This document shows, piece after piece, positions 44,310 to 53,019 of a DNA stretch of 53,211 nucleotides. The translations under genes were made by a program, and so were the position numbers. The DNA lies in contig CALMAY010000039.1 in the NCBI GenBank assembly GCA_937861125.1, positions 1 through 53,211 of the forward strand, in the 5' to 3' direction. Position 1 is the stretch's first letter, and each line of letters starts with the position of its first letter. The DNA is from an uncultured bacterium. GTDB lineage: Bacteria; Patescibacteriota; Patescibacteriia; Magasanikbacterales; UBA922. The notes beneath the pieces were generated by a model. That model saw only the letters and a list, made by a program, of their open reading frames with translations. It searched no databases and was not told the DNA's origin.

Positions 44310-44972
44310 ATGGTGATCGTCGTGATTCCGGCATTTAATGAGGCGGCAACCATTGGTGGGGTGGTCCATGCGGTGCGACGGGTTTGTAACCTGTGTGTTG
44401 TAGTTGATGACGGATCAAAAGATGATACCGCTGATATTGCGCGTGGTGCTGGTGCTGCGGTACTCTCTCATGAGATCAATCGGGGGCAGGGGGCAGCGAT
44501 TGAAACTGGGTTTGTATATGCACGAACACTTTCACCAACTGCAGTAGTGACGTTTGATGCGGATGGGCAGTTTGATGCCACTGATATTCCACGTGCTGTT
44601 GAGTATATGGAACAAACACAGTCAGATATTGTGTTTGGAACTCGTTTTTCTACAAGTGCTCGTGCGGTTCCTGTATTGAAGCGATTTTTCTTGATGCCAC
44701 TGGCAAAAGCGATTGATCGTCTGTTTGGTGCGCCAGAGCTCAGTGATGTACATAATGGGTTTCGTGTGCTTGGTCCAAAAGCGCTTGCGTGTATTCGTAT
44801 CACCCAAGATAGAATGGCGCATGCTAGTGAGATCCCTCGCTTGGCTCATCAGCATGGCTTGCGAATTGGACAATTTCCTGTTACCGTACACTATACTGAG
44901 TTTGGACAAGGAGTCTCTGGAGGTGTGCGAATTGTGCGGGATCTGATAGTTGGTTTGTTTGTGAGAAAGTAA
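44310..44972 (+). CDS. Glycosyltransferase family 2 (polyprenol-phosphate glycosyltransferase-like)
   Basis: VVIPAFNEAATIGGVV, VVVDDGSKDDT and FDADGQ motifs. Followed by a DUF2304 gene. Confidence 0.85.
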   Translation: MVIVVIPAFNEAATIGGVVHAVRRVCNLCVVVDDGSKDDTADIARGAGAAVLSHEINRGQGAAIETGFVYARTLSPTAVVTFDADGQFDATDIPRAVEYMEQTQSDIVFGTRFSTSARAVPVLKRFFLMPLAKAIDRLFGAPELSDVHNGFRVLGPKALACIRITQDRMAHASEIPRLAHQHGLRIGQFPVTVHYTEFGQGVSGGVRIVRDLIVGLFVRK

Positions 44973-44995
44973 TCAATTGTATCATTAGGAATTAT

Positions 44996-45023
44996 CCGCC
45001 CGAGGCGGATCCGCCTCGGGCGG
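44996..45023. repeat. Perfect 28-nt GC-rich palindrome (hairpin, possible terminator or REP-like element)
   Basis: ccgcccgaggcgg-at-ccgcctcgggcgg, centred on GGATCC. No T-run on either side. Confidence 0.8.
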
Positions 45024-45045
45024 AGAAATTGGTAATTTATATTGT

Positions 45046-45390
45046 ATGCTTATTTTATTTCAAATTCTTTTTACTCTTTTTACTCTTTACGCACTGAGTA
45101 GTGTTGTAGCACGAAAACGATCCGGTGAGCTCGGACCCAGAGGTCTTGTATTTTGGGTGTCATTTTGGGTAGTTGCCACTGTCTTTGTTTGGTATCCTGA
45201 GGCAACCAATAGAGTCGCACAGGCGTTTGGGATTGGGCGTGGTGCTGACTTTGTCTTGTACATTTCACTCGTTGTTATCTTTTTTGTCCTCTTTCGGCTT
45301 CATGTCAAAATTGAATCCATGTCGCGTGATGTGACCAAGGTGGTGCGGGATAAAGCACTTGATACTGCACTGTCATCCCGAACAAAGTGA
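45046..45390 (+). CDS. DUF2304-like small membrane protein
   Basis: Three hydrophobic helices followed by a charged tail. The position after a GT2 gene is typical. Confidence 0.6.
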   Translation: MLILFQILFTLFTLYALSSVVARKRSGELGPRGLVFWVSFWVVATVFVWYPEATNRVAQAFGIGRGADFVLYISLVVIFFVLFRLHVKIESMSRDVTKVVRDKALDTALSSRTK

Positions 45391-45502
45391 GGGATCGCTT
45401 TCGTAAGTTTCTCTACTGCTTTTCACTTCGTTCTAGCTAAATCATTTGTAAGAAAGGGATTCCTCACCCACTTGGTGTGGTTCGGAATGACAACACCGCC
45501 AT

Positions 45503-46693
45503 ATGAAAATCGCTCACATCGTCTCTACATTTCCTCCCTACTATGGCGGTATGGGAACTGTTGTGTTTGAGACGGCTGTGGCACTTTCTGAGATGGGGCA
45601 CGACGTGCAAGTATTTACGCCAGATTATTATGAAGACAAGGAAATTCGTCCGAGTACTGCACTACCCGTTGAGACGCATAGCGAACATCTTCAATCAGTG
45701 ATTGATTCAGTACAGCGAATCAAGCCATCAATTTCGTATGGAAACGCTGCGCGAATTCCTGATGTATTACGTCAGCTTGATGCTTTTGATATTGTCCATC
45801 TACACTATCCATTTTTTGGTACAGCAGAGTTGATTGCAAAATGGAAAAAGAGAAATCCACACAAAAAGCTGGTGTTGACGTATCACATGGACACACGTGC
45901 GCCTGGATGGAAAGGGTTGATATTTGCCCTATATAATCGTTTTTATTTACCAAATATTCTGGCTTCTGCTGATGTCTGTATTGGCGCGACGTTTGATTAT
46001 ATTGCGCTTTCTGATGCACGATACAGTCTAACACAACACAAACATAAGTGGCAGGAGATTCCTTTTGGAGTGGATATTAAACGATTTGAACCAAAAGAGA
46101 AATCAGCAAAACTGTTTCAAAATCTCAATCTTGATCTCAATCTTCCAACTATTTTGTTTGTTGGGGGACTTGACGATGCGCATTTTTTCAAAGGCGTGCC
46201 AGTATTGCTCAAAGCACTTCTTGGTCTGCGTATGCAAAAAACTGCTGTGCAGGCAGTGTTTGTAGGTGATGGAAATAGGAGAGAGGAATATGAGAGTCAA
46301 GCACATGGGTATGGTCTGGACCACATGGTTCGTTTTGCTGGGAGAATTGAACATGATGAATTGCCAGAGGTATATGCAAGTAGTGATCTACTTGTGCTAC
46401 CGTCTACGACAAAAGGGGAGGCATTTGGTATGGTGCTCCTTGAAGCATTTGCCTGCGGTGTACCAGTCATCGCGAGTGATTTGCCGGGGGTTCGTTCTGT
46501 TGCTAGTCAAGCGGGTCTGACTGTGCCTCCAAATGATCCACGAGCGCTGATGGATGCGATTTCTGGATTTCTCGCCCTCTCTTTTGATGAAAGAATGCAG
46601 ATGCGTCAGCAAGCACGGAGCGTAGCAGAGGAAAAGTATCAATGGAAGACAGTCGTGTCTCAGCTTGATGAGGTATACCAATCTTTGGTATAA
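45503..46693 (+). CDS. Glycosyltransferase family 4
   Basis: MKIAHIVSTFPPYYGGMGTV and GEAFGMVLLEAFACGVPVI. Confidence 0.85.
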   Translation: MKIAHIVSTFPPYYGGMGTVVFETAVALSEMGHDVQVFTPDYYEDKEIRPSTALPVETHSEHLQSVIDSVQRIKPSISYGNAARIPDVLRQLDAFDIVHLHYPFFGTAELIAKWKKRNPHKKLVLTYHMDTRAPGWKGLIFALYNRFYLPNILASADVCIGATFDYIALSDARYSLTQHKHKWQEIPFGVDIKRFEPKEKSAKLFQNLNLDLNLPTILFVGGLDDAHFFKGVPVLLKALLGLRMQKTAVQAVFVGDGNRREEYESQAHGYGLDHMVRFAGRIEHDELPEVYASSDLLVLPSTTKGEAFGMVLLEAFACGVPVIASDLPGVRSVASQAGLTVPPNDPRALMDAISGFLALSFDERMQMRQQARSVAEEKYQWKTVVSQLDEVYQSLV

Positions 46694-46750
46694 TGTAGGA
46701 AAGAAAAAATAAAGATATAAATTTGCGTATTTTTTATTGTTTGTATTTTG

Positions 46751-46790
46751 CCACCCTACGGGTGGTCACCCATAGGGTGATTTCTTTTTA
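46751..46790 (+). terminator. Tandem hairpins plus a T-rich tract
   Basis: ccaccc-tac-gggtgg and tcaccc-ata-gggtga, followed by tttctttttattttt. Confidence 0.6.
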
Positions 46791-46809
46791 TTTTTAATTT
46801 TCTCACCGT

Positions 46810-47163
46810 ATGGGACAATTCAACAAAGGACTTTTCTTTGGTTCACTCTTTGGCGCTGGGTTGACGTGGCTGGCTGTGACAAAAAAGGGAAAGGAAGTGC
46901 GTGGGCAACTACTCGATCACGCTGCAGTGGTATATGAAGAGGTCAAAGAAAAAGTATTATCTCAAGAAGAATGGCAAAAAATTTCTCAGACAGAATTTGT
47001 CAAACGTGTGGAAGAGATTGTGGCTCGCTATGGTGGGGCAAAAAAGATCTCTACAGATGTGCAACGAGTCATTGTAAAAGTGATTGGGTCTCAGTACAAA
47101 ACACTCAGAAAAATTGTACAGACACAACCGCAAAAACCGGCCAAGAAGATAAAGAAAAAATAG
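46810..47163 (+). CDS. YtxH-like protein
   Basis: KGLFFGSLFGAGLTWLAVTKKGKEVRGQLLDHA N-terminus typical of the YtxH domain. Confidence 0.6.
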   Translation: MGQFNKGLFFGSLFGAGLTWLAVTKKGKEVRGQLLDHAAVVYEEVKEKVLSQEEWQKISQTEFVKRVEEIVARYGGAKKISTDVQRVIVKVIGSQYKTLRKIVQTQPQKPAKKIKKK

Positions 47164-47172
47164 TATTATATG

Positions 47173-47195
47173 CCCACGGATAGCGTGGGTTTTTT
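47173..47195 (+). terminator. Intrinsic terminator
   Basis: cccacg / gatag / cgtggg, followed by tttttt. Confidence 0.7.
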
Positions 47196-47196
47196 G

Positions 47197-47225
47197 TTGA
47201 GGTGTATGCGCTCTTGTGGTATACT
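47197..47225 (+). promoter_or_regulatory. Candidate promoter TTGAGG-N17-TGgTATACT
   Basis: The -10 ends 9 nt before the ATG at 47235, so the pilT mRNA is effectively leaderless. Confidence 0.45.
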
Positions 47226-47234
47226 ATAGACACT

Positions 47235-48269
47235 ATGAAATCTATCCTTTCGTACTTCAAAGAGACAATTGAACGAGGTGCATCTGATTTGCATCTCGTG
47301 GGTGAAGAGTTGCCATTAGTTCGTGTTCACGGTGAGTTAACGGCGCTGGATGACAAGGCAATCTCTGCCAAAGAGCTCGAGTCAAATATTTGGGAGATGT
47401 TTGGCGTAGATGCCAAAAAGAAGTTTGCAGACACACTCGAGCTTGATGTCGCGTATGATCTCGATGGTCAGCGGTTTCGTGTCAATATACATCAGCAAGT
47501 AGGCGTGATTGCTCTTGCTGCTCGTGCGATCCCAACTACTATTCCCACACCCGATGAACTCAATTTCGAACCAGCGCTTCGTGAGACAGTGACATTGATG
47601 GATGGACTTGTGCTGGTGGTGGGTCCAACAGGGCATGGAAAATCTACTACTTTGGCGAGTATTATTGAGGAGATCAATCGGACCAAGAAAACTCATATCA
47701 TCACAATTGAAGATCCAATTGAGTTTTTGTTTGATGATAAAGAGTCGTTGATTGAACAGCGTGAGGTGGGGAGTGATACTCGTTCATTTGATGAGGCACT
47801 CAAGCACGTGTTGCGCCAAGATCCTAATGTGATTTTGGTCGGTGAGATGCGTGATCCTGAAACGATTACCACTGTTTTGACAGCTGCTGAGACAGGTCAT
47901 CTTGTGTTTTCCACACTTCATACCAGCAGTGCTGCTGAAGCAATTGAACGTATCGTAGATGTCTTTGATGGTGCGAAACAAAAGCAGGTGTTGATTCAGC
48001 TTGCATCTGCCCTGCGCGTGGTGGTGGCGCAGCAGCTTGTTCCGACAGTAGATGGGAAACGTATGGCAGTTCGTGAGGTGCTCGTTAATACCCCTGCTGT
48101 AGCTAATTTGATTCGTGAAAATGCTGTGGCTCAGATCCCAAGTGCGATGCAGACAGGTGCCAAGGATGGTATGGTAACGATGAGACAATCACTCGAAGCT
48201 GCGAATAAAGCTGGTTTGATTTCTGATGATGTATTGGAGCGACGTGTAGGGAGACAGCGGAAAATGTAG
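47235..48269 (+). CDS. pilT: Type IV pilus retraction ATPase PilT family
   Basis: GASDLHL, Walker A GPTGHGKST, EDPIEF, ILVGEMRD and GHLVFSTLHT. Confidence 0.9.
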   Translation: MKSILSYFKETIERGASDLHLVGEELPLVRVHGELTALDDKAISAKELESNIWEMFGVDAKKKFADTLELDVAYDLDGQRFRVNIHQQVGVIALAARAIPTTIPTPDELNFEPALRETVTLMDGLVLVVGPTGHGKSTTLASIIEEINRTKKTHIITIEDPIEFLFDDKESLIEQREVGSDTRSFDEALKHVLRQDPNVILVGEMRDPETITTVLTAAETGHLVFSTLHTSSAAEAIERIVDVFDGAKQKQVLIQLASALRVVVAQQLVPTVDGKRMAVREVLVNTPAVANLIRENAVAQIPSAMQTGAKDGMVTMRQSLEAANKAGLISDDVLERRVGRQRKM

Positions 48270-48296
48270 TGTGTGTAATTACTAATTACTACTCTC

Positions 48297-50090
48297 GTGA
48301 AACAATCATATCGACGTACCACTTCCGCAGATGAGGTGACAACTGAACGTACGAAAGCAGAAGACAACTCTTTGCGTTTTCAGTTTGCGTCACTTATGGT
48401 AATACTGATTGCAGCTATTGTTGCGGTGCGTCTTTTTTTCTTTATGGTTGTTGAACATGCGTGGTATGTGGCAATGGCAGAGGGGACGCACGAGGTGAGT
48501 GCGCAGTTGAGCCCAAGTCGTGGACGCGTATTTATGAGAGATTCTCGTTCTGGCGAACAGTTTCCGTTTGCTCTCAATAGAGATGTATTTACTGTGTTTA
48601 TTGATACACGTCCATTGGATTCAGAAGAAAAGCGGGATCGTGTATTTGAAGCGCTGCATGAGACATTTCATTTTAATGATGAAAAAAAAGCAATTGTATC
48701 GGCACAAATACAAAAAGAGGCAGATCCATATGAAGTTATTGAGCAAAAAGTAGATGAAGCGACTGTAGACAGTTTGAGAGAGAAAAAAATTGATGGGATT
48801 GGTTTTGTTCGTGTACCTGTACGGTATTATCCAGAAAAAGATGTTGGTGCTCACGTGATTGGCTTTGTTGGGAAAGCGACAGATGGTACAGATATAGGAC
48901 GATATGGTATTGAGGGATATTTTGAAAAAGAATTGGCTGGAACTGGTGGTTTTTTTCAGGGCTTAACTGGTGCTAAAGGGGATATTATTACTTTGGGAAA
49001 TCACACGCTTGAAGAACCAAAAGATGGGGCAGATATTGTTTTGACGATCGATCGGACGATCCAGTACAAGACGTGTGAGTATGTGTATCAAGGGGTAGTA
49101 GAGCACAAGGCGGTTTCAGGTGCTGCGGTGGTGATGGATCCGCATACTGGTGCTGTTCTTGCGCTTTGTAGTGTGCCTGAGTTTGACCCAAATTCGTATA
49201 ATAATGTTGAATCTCCTCGTGTATTTAATAACACTGCGATATTTCAAGCCTATGAACCTGGGTCTGTGTTTAAGGCGATAACCATGTCAGCTGCTTTGAA
49301 TGAAAAATTAGTTAATCCAAATACGCCGTTTTTTGATCCTGGTTTTGTAGATGGTGGCTGTACTAAACATATTAAAAATGCAAATGAAAAAAAATATGGC
49401 GATGTAACTATGACGGGTGTAATGGAGAATTCTATTAATACAGGACTCGTATATGTGGCAAATTTACTTGGAAAAGATCGTTTAAAAAAATATATTAACG
49501 ATTTTGGATTTGGAGTTAAAACTGGTATTACTTTGGATACAGAAGAGTCAGGAGATATAAGTACATTGTCAAAAAATAAAGGAGACAAGATTGATTGTTA
49601 TGGTTCGACAGCCTCCTTTGGTCAGGGTATCACCGCGACCCCAATTCAGCTTGCTTCTGCGTATAGTGCTATTGCAAACGGAGGAACGTTGTATCAGCCC
49701 TATGTCGTTGATTCGATTACATATGCAGATGGTGCGGTAGAGGTAACAAAACCAAATCCAATCAAGACAGTACTTACACCGAGCGCTGCACAGCTGATGT
49801 CTGCTATGCTTGTTTCAGTAATTGACAATGGACATACATCAGCGGCGCGTATACCACACTACTATGTCGCAGGAAAGACAGGTACAGCACAGATTGCCGG
49901 ACCGGGTGGATATAGCACTGAGACCAATCATACCTTTATTGGATATGCTCCAGCGAGTGATCCAAAGTTTGTAGTATTGGTCAAATATGAAAAGCCACAG
50001 CGTGTCTTTGCGGATAGTACCGCAGCGCCGACGTTCAAGAAGATCGCGACATTTTTGCTTGATTACTATAGTATTGCACCGGAGCGGTAG
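48297..50090 (+). CDS. Class B penicillin-binding protein (PBP2/FtsI-type transpeptidase)
   Basis: N-terminal TM segment. SVFK (SxxK), SIN (SxN) and KTGTA motifs. GTG start. Confidence 0.9.
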   Translation: MKQSYRRTTSADEVTTERTKAEDNSLRFQFASLMVILIAAIVAVRLFFFMVVEHAWYVAMAEGTHEVSAQLSPSRGRVFMRDSRSGEQFPFALNRDVFTVFIDTRPLDSEEKRDRVFEALHETFHFNDEKKAIVSAQIQKEADPYEVIEQKVDEATVDSLREKKIDGIGFVRVPVRYYPEKDVGAHVIGFVGKATDGTDIGRYGIEGYFEKELAGTGGFFQGLTGAKGDIITLGNHTLEEPKDGADIVLTIDRTIQYKTCEYVYQGVVEHKAVSGAAVVMDPHTGAVLALCSVPEFDPNSYNNVESPRVFNNTAIFQAYEPGSVFKAITMSAALNEKLVNPNTPFFDPGFVDGGCTKHIKNANEKKYGDVTMTGVMENSINTGLVYVANLLGKDRLKKYINDFGFGVKTGITLDTEESGDISTLSKNKGDKIDCYGSTASFGQGITATPIQLASAYSAIANGGTLYQPYVVDSITYADGAVEVTKPNPIKTVLTPSAAQLMSAMLVSVIDNGHTSAARIPHYYVAGKTGTAQIAGPGGYSTETNHTFIGYAPASDPKFVVLVKYEKPQRVFADSTAAPTFKKIATFLLDYYSIAPER

Positions 50091-50128
50091 AAGTAGCGAA
50101 GTAACGAAGTAACGAAAAAGAGCCACTT

Positions 50129-50689
50129 TTATGTGAGCTCTTTTTTTATCTCGCTTAGAAGTTGTGGAAATGTGGTGTAGCCGGCGGGTGTGTTGAAATG
50201 TCCGGCGTTTTGTATAAGTATAGATTCTGTTTGTAGCTGTTCAGCGAGATGTTCTGAGATTGTTGCTGGTACGTATGGATCATTGTCGGAGTGAAAGAGG
50301 TAAAAGTTTTTGCAGTTGTCTTGTATTTTTTTCCAATCAAAATATTTTTGTATAAAAGTGCGATTGAGTTGATCAAATGTTTGGTTACCTAGTGGCTCTG
50401 TAAATCCAGCTACAAAATACGCCGCTTTGATGGATGTTGTGCAGTCCTCAAGAATGCTCAGTAAAAACGCAGGACCGAGGCTGTGTCCGATCATGATTGT
50501 GTTCGTATCTATGTGCTGTGTGTATTGCGCAAACACCTGCTTCCAACTTTCCAGTGTCTGGTTATCTGGGGTGGGAAACGCTGGTACAAAAACAGTGTGC
50601 TCCAGTAGTTGGAGTTCTGACTTGAGCCATGGAAACCAGTTTTCATTAGGATTACCAAATGCGCCGTGTATGAGAAATATGTTTGCCAT
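50129..50689 (-). CDS. Alpha/beta serine hydrolase (YdeN/RBBP9-like)
   Basis: IFLIHGAFGNPNENWFPWL and the GHSLGP nucleophile elbow. Confidence 0.7.
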   Translation of the reverse strand: MANIFLIHGAFGNPNENWFPWLKSELQLLEHTVFVPAFPTPDNQTLESWKQVFAQYTQHIDTNTIMIGHSLGPAFLLSILEDCTTSIKAAYFVAGFTEPLGNQTFDQLNRTFIQKYFDWKKIQDNCKNFYLFHSDNDPYVPATISEHLAEQLQTESILIQNAGHFNTPAGYTTFPQLLSEIKKELT

Positions 50690-50781
50690 ATATGTGTAGT
50701 GTACTGATATACAAATAATTCTTCAAGTTTATTCGTAGTAATTCTTTTGGTTTTGAGATTGGTATTTGGAATTTGGAAACT

Positions 50782-50804
50782 AAAAACGGCCCAAAGGCCG
50801 TTTT
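50782..50804 (-). terminator. Hairpin terminator downstream of the tRNA pair (symmetric A/T flanks)
   Basis: aaaaacggcc / caaa / ggccgtttt. Confidence 0.6.
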
Positions 50805-50809
50805 GCTTG

Positions 50810-50883
50810 TGTCAAGGGGGAGACTCGAACTCCCGACCTGAGCGTTATGAATGCTCCGCTCTAACCGGCTGAGCTACCCTGAC
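50810..50883 (-). tRNA. tRNA with CAU anticodon (Met; tRNA-Ile2 cannot be excluded)
   Basis: Manual cloverleaf: acceptor GTCAGGG/CCTTGAC (one G-U pair), D arm GCTC-AGCCGGTTA-GAGC, anticodon loop TTCATAA, T arm GGGAG-TTCGAGT-CTCCC. No encoded CCA. Confidence 0.85.
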
Positions 50884-50988
50884 CCGTGAAAAATCTCAAA
50901 ACACTAAATTCCAAACACCAAACTTATTACCAGATATACTTGTATCTTGGTGTTTTGAGATTTGGAATTTCCACCCGTAGGGTGGTAG

Positions 50989-51060
50989 TACCGCCAAGGG
51001 GAATCGAACCCCTATTACTGCCGTGAGAGGGCAATGTCCTAGCCATTAGACGATGGCGGC
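50989..51060 (-). tRNA. tRNA-Glu (CUC anticodon)
   Basis: Manual cloverleaf: acceptor GCCGCCA/TGGCGGT, D arm GTCT-AATGGCTA-GGAC, anticodon stem TTGCC/GGCAG with loop CTCTCAC, T arm AGGGG-TTCGATT-CCCCT. Confidence 0.9.
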
Positions 51061-51064
51061 ATAA

Positions 51065-51088
51065 TTCCCTCAGGATAAGATGAGGGAA
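51065..51088 (-). terminator. 8-bp hairpin between hup and tRNA-Glu (terminator or processing stem)
   Basis: ttccctca / ggataaga / tgagggaa. No clear T-run. Confidence 0.3.
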
Positions 51089-51102
51089 GAAGAGAATAAT
51101 CA

Positions 51103-51387
51103 CTATTCTTTCAGAGCTTTTTTGAGTGCAAGCCCTGCTTTGAACTTTGGTACAGTCACTGGTGGAATTTGAATCTTCTCAGTTGGGTTTTGTGGATTGA
51201 CTCCGACGCGTCCAGCACGAGTTTTGGACAAGAATTGACCAAACCCAGCAAGAGTAACACTCCCACCAGCTTTGACGGTGTTGATGATAACTTCAACGGT
51301 TGCCTCGAGCATACTCTCAGCCTCTTTTTTGGAGAGACCAACTTTTTTTGCAATTTCTTCTGCAAGTGCAGCTTTGTTCAGATGCAT
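51103..51387 (-). CDS. hup: HU family DNA-binding protein
   Basis: MHLNKAALAEEIAKKVGLSKKEAESMLEA...GFGQFLSKTRAGRVGVNPQNPTEKIQIP is the canonical HU/IHF fold signature. Confidence 0.9.
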   Translation of the reverse strand: MHLNKAALAEEIAKKVGLSKKEAESMLEATVEVIINTVKAGGSVTLAGFGQFLSKTRAGRVGVNPQNPTEKIQIPPVTVPKFKAGLALKKALKE

Positions 51388-51430
51388 ACAGTGTAATTAG
51401 AAAAATGAGTAGAAGATATTTCTGGGTGGG

Positions 51431-51459
51431 AGTATAGCAAATGTTGTTTTTTGTGTCAA
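51431..51459 (-). promoter_or_regulatory. Near-consensus promoter TTGACA-N17-TGcTATACT
   Basis: Reverse complement of tgtcaa (51454-51459) and agtata (51431-51436), with a 17-nt spacer. Upstream of hup. Confidence 0.55.
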
Positions 51460-51468
51460 TAGAGCGGT

Positions 51469-53019
51469 TTAGCGTGCGTATTCGATCACACGAGTCTCTC
51501 TGATAATCATTACACGAATTTCACCTGGGTATTGCAATTCACTTTCAATTTTGCGAGCGATATCTTTGGCGAGATTGTATGATTGGTAATCATCAATTTT
51601 TCCTGAATCAACAAAGACACGAATTTCACGACCCGCTTGGATAGCGTAGACTTTGTCTACACCTGGGAAATCTTTGGCTGTTTTTTCAAGTTCTTCGAGA
51701 CGTGCAACGTATTGTTCATATGTGTCGCGGCGAGCTCCTGTGCGTGATGCTGAGATCGCATCTGCAGCCATGACAATCTTGGTGAGTAAGAGCGGTGGAT
51801 TTGGATCATGGTGAGTGAGAGCAACCTGAGCTACATCTTCATGCATGTTGAATTTTTTCAAAATAGTGTATCCGATTTGAGGGTGAGTACCCTGACTTTC
51901 TTGGTCCACAGCTTTTCCAATATCGTGAAAGAATCCCGCTTTGCGAGCAAGTGACACATCGATGCCAAGCTCTTCAGCCATCATACCAGCAAGCCATGCG
52001 ACCTCCATTGAGTGATTGAGGACATTTTGACCATAACTCGTACGGTATTTAAGACGTCCAACGATACCAATCAGTTTTGGATCAAGTCCGACGATACCGA
52101 GTTTGTGCAGTGCTTCTTCACCAGCTTTTTGGATATCAACTGCGAGTTCTCGTTTGGCTTCTTCTACCATCTCTTCAATCTTGGCTGGTTGGATACGGCC
52201 ATCTTTGATCAGTTTGTCAATTGCAAGTTTACAGACACGGCGGCGAATAGGGGAGAAACTAGAGATGAGGATCAGTCCTGGTGTCTCATCAATAATAAGT
52301 TCACATCCGGTGATTTTTTCAATCATCTTGATATTGCGACCTTCTTTTCCAATGATACGTCCTTTCATCTCGTCACTTGGGAGCTCTACTGCAGTAGAAG
52401 TCGTTTCAGATGCATGACTGCTAGCAGTGCGTTCCATGGCGTTGATAATAATCTCACGAGCTTTTCCTTGGAGTTCTTCGTCTGCGGTTCGATCGAGTTT
52501 GATTTTACGATTGACCAGCTCTTCGGCTGATTCTTCTTCCATGCGTTTGAATACCAATTCTTTGGCCTCTTCTTTACTCATGTTGGCAACTTCTTGAAGT
52601 TTTTTGTCTACCTCAAGTTTGGCTGCATCAATGCGCTCTTTGATAAGTTTGAGCTCTTCTACCTTGCCTTGAAGTTTGGTTTTCTCTTCTTCAAATGAGA
52701 GGAGTTGTTTGTCAAACATGTTTTCACGCTGTTCGACGCGTTCCTGCATCTTTTTGATCTCAGCGCGGCGGTCTTCTTCGTCTTTTTTGGCTGCGTCGAT
52801 AATTTTAATTGATTCTTTTTTTGCTTCAAGGAGGATTTCTTGTTCCTTATTTTTGACCTCAACGAGGCGTTTTTCTGCGATAGCTTCGATGGAGTTGGCG
52901 TCTTTGCTTGCGACCTGTTTTCGGTAGAAATACCCACCGATAGCACCAAGTGCAAGGGCAATGAAGCCAACACCAATAATGGTAATTGACATAAAAATGA
53001 AAAATAAACCGGGTATCAT
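51469..53019 (-). CDS. rny: Ribonuclease Y
   Basis: N-terminal TM segment, long coiled coil, KH domain (GRIIGKEGRNIKMIEKITG) and HD domain (FFHDIGKA). An alternative ATG start is at 52992. Confidence 0.95.
   Translation of the reverse strand: MIPGLFFIFMSITIIGVGFIALALGAIGGYFYRKQVASKDANSIEAIAEKRLVEVKNKEQEILLEAKKESIKIIDAAKKDEEDRRAEIKKMQERVEQRENMFDKQLLSFEEEKTKLQGKVEELKLIKERIDAAKLEVDKKLQEVANMSKEEAKELVFKRMEEESAEELVNRKIKLDRTADEELQGKAREIIINAMERTASSHASETTSTAVELPSDEMKGRIIGKEGRNIKMIEKITGCELIIDETPGLILISSFSPIRRRVCKLAIDKLIKDGRIQPAKIEEMVEEAKRELAVDIQKAGEEALHKLGIVGLDPKLIGIVGRLKYRTSYGQNVLNHSMEVAWLAGMMAEELGIDVSLARKAGFFHDIGKAVDQESQGTHPQIGYTILKKFNMHEDVAQVALTHHDPNPPLLLTKIVMAADAISASRTGARRDTYEQYVARLEELEKTAKDFPGVDKVYAIQAGREIRVFVDSGKIDDYQSYNLAKDIARKIESELQYPGEIRVMIIRETRVIEYAR

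Noticed and set aside
52012-52530. 172-aa plus-strand ORF and neighbouring ORFs antisense to rny
   Set aside because: It is entirely nested antisense within the very well supported RNase Y gene and has no recognisable motifs. The same reasoning applies to the antisense ORFs at 15271..15756, 31060..31521, 36747..37187, 40954..41322 and 41210..41632.
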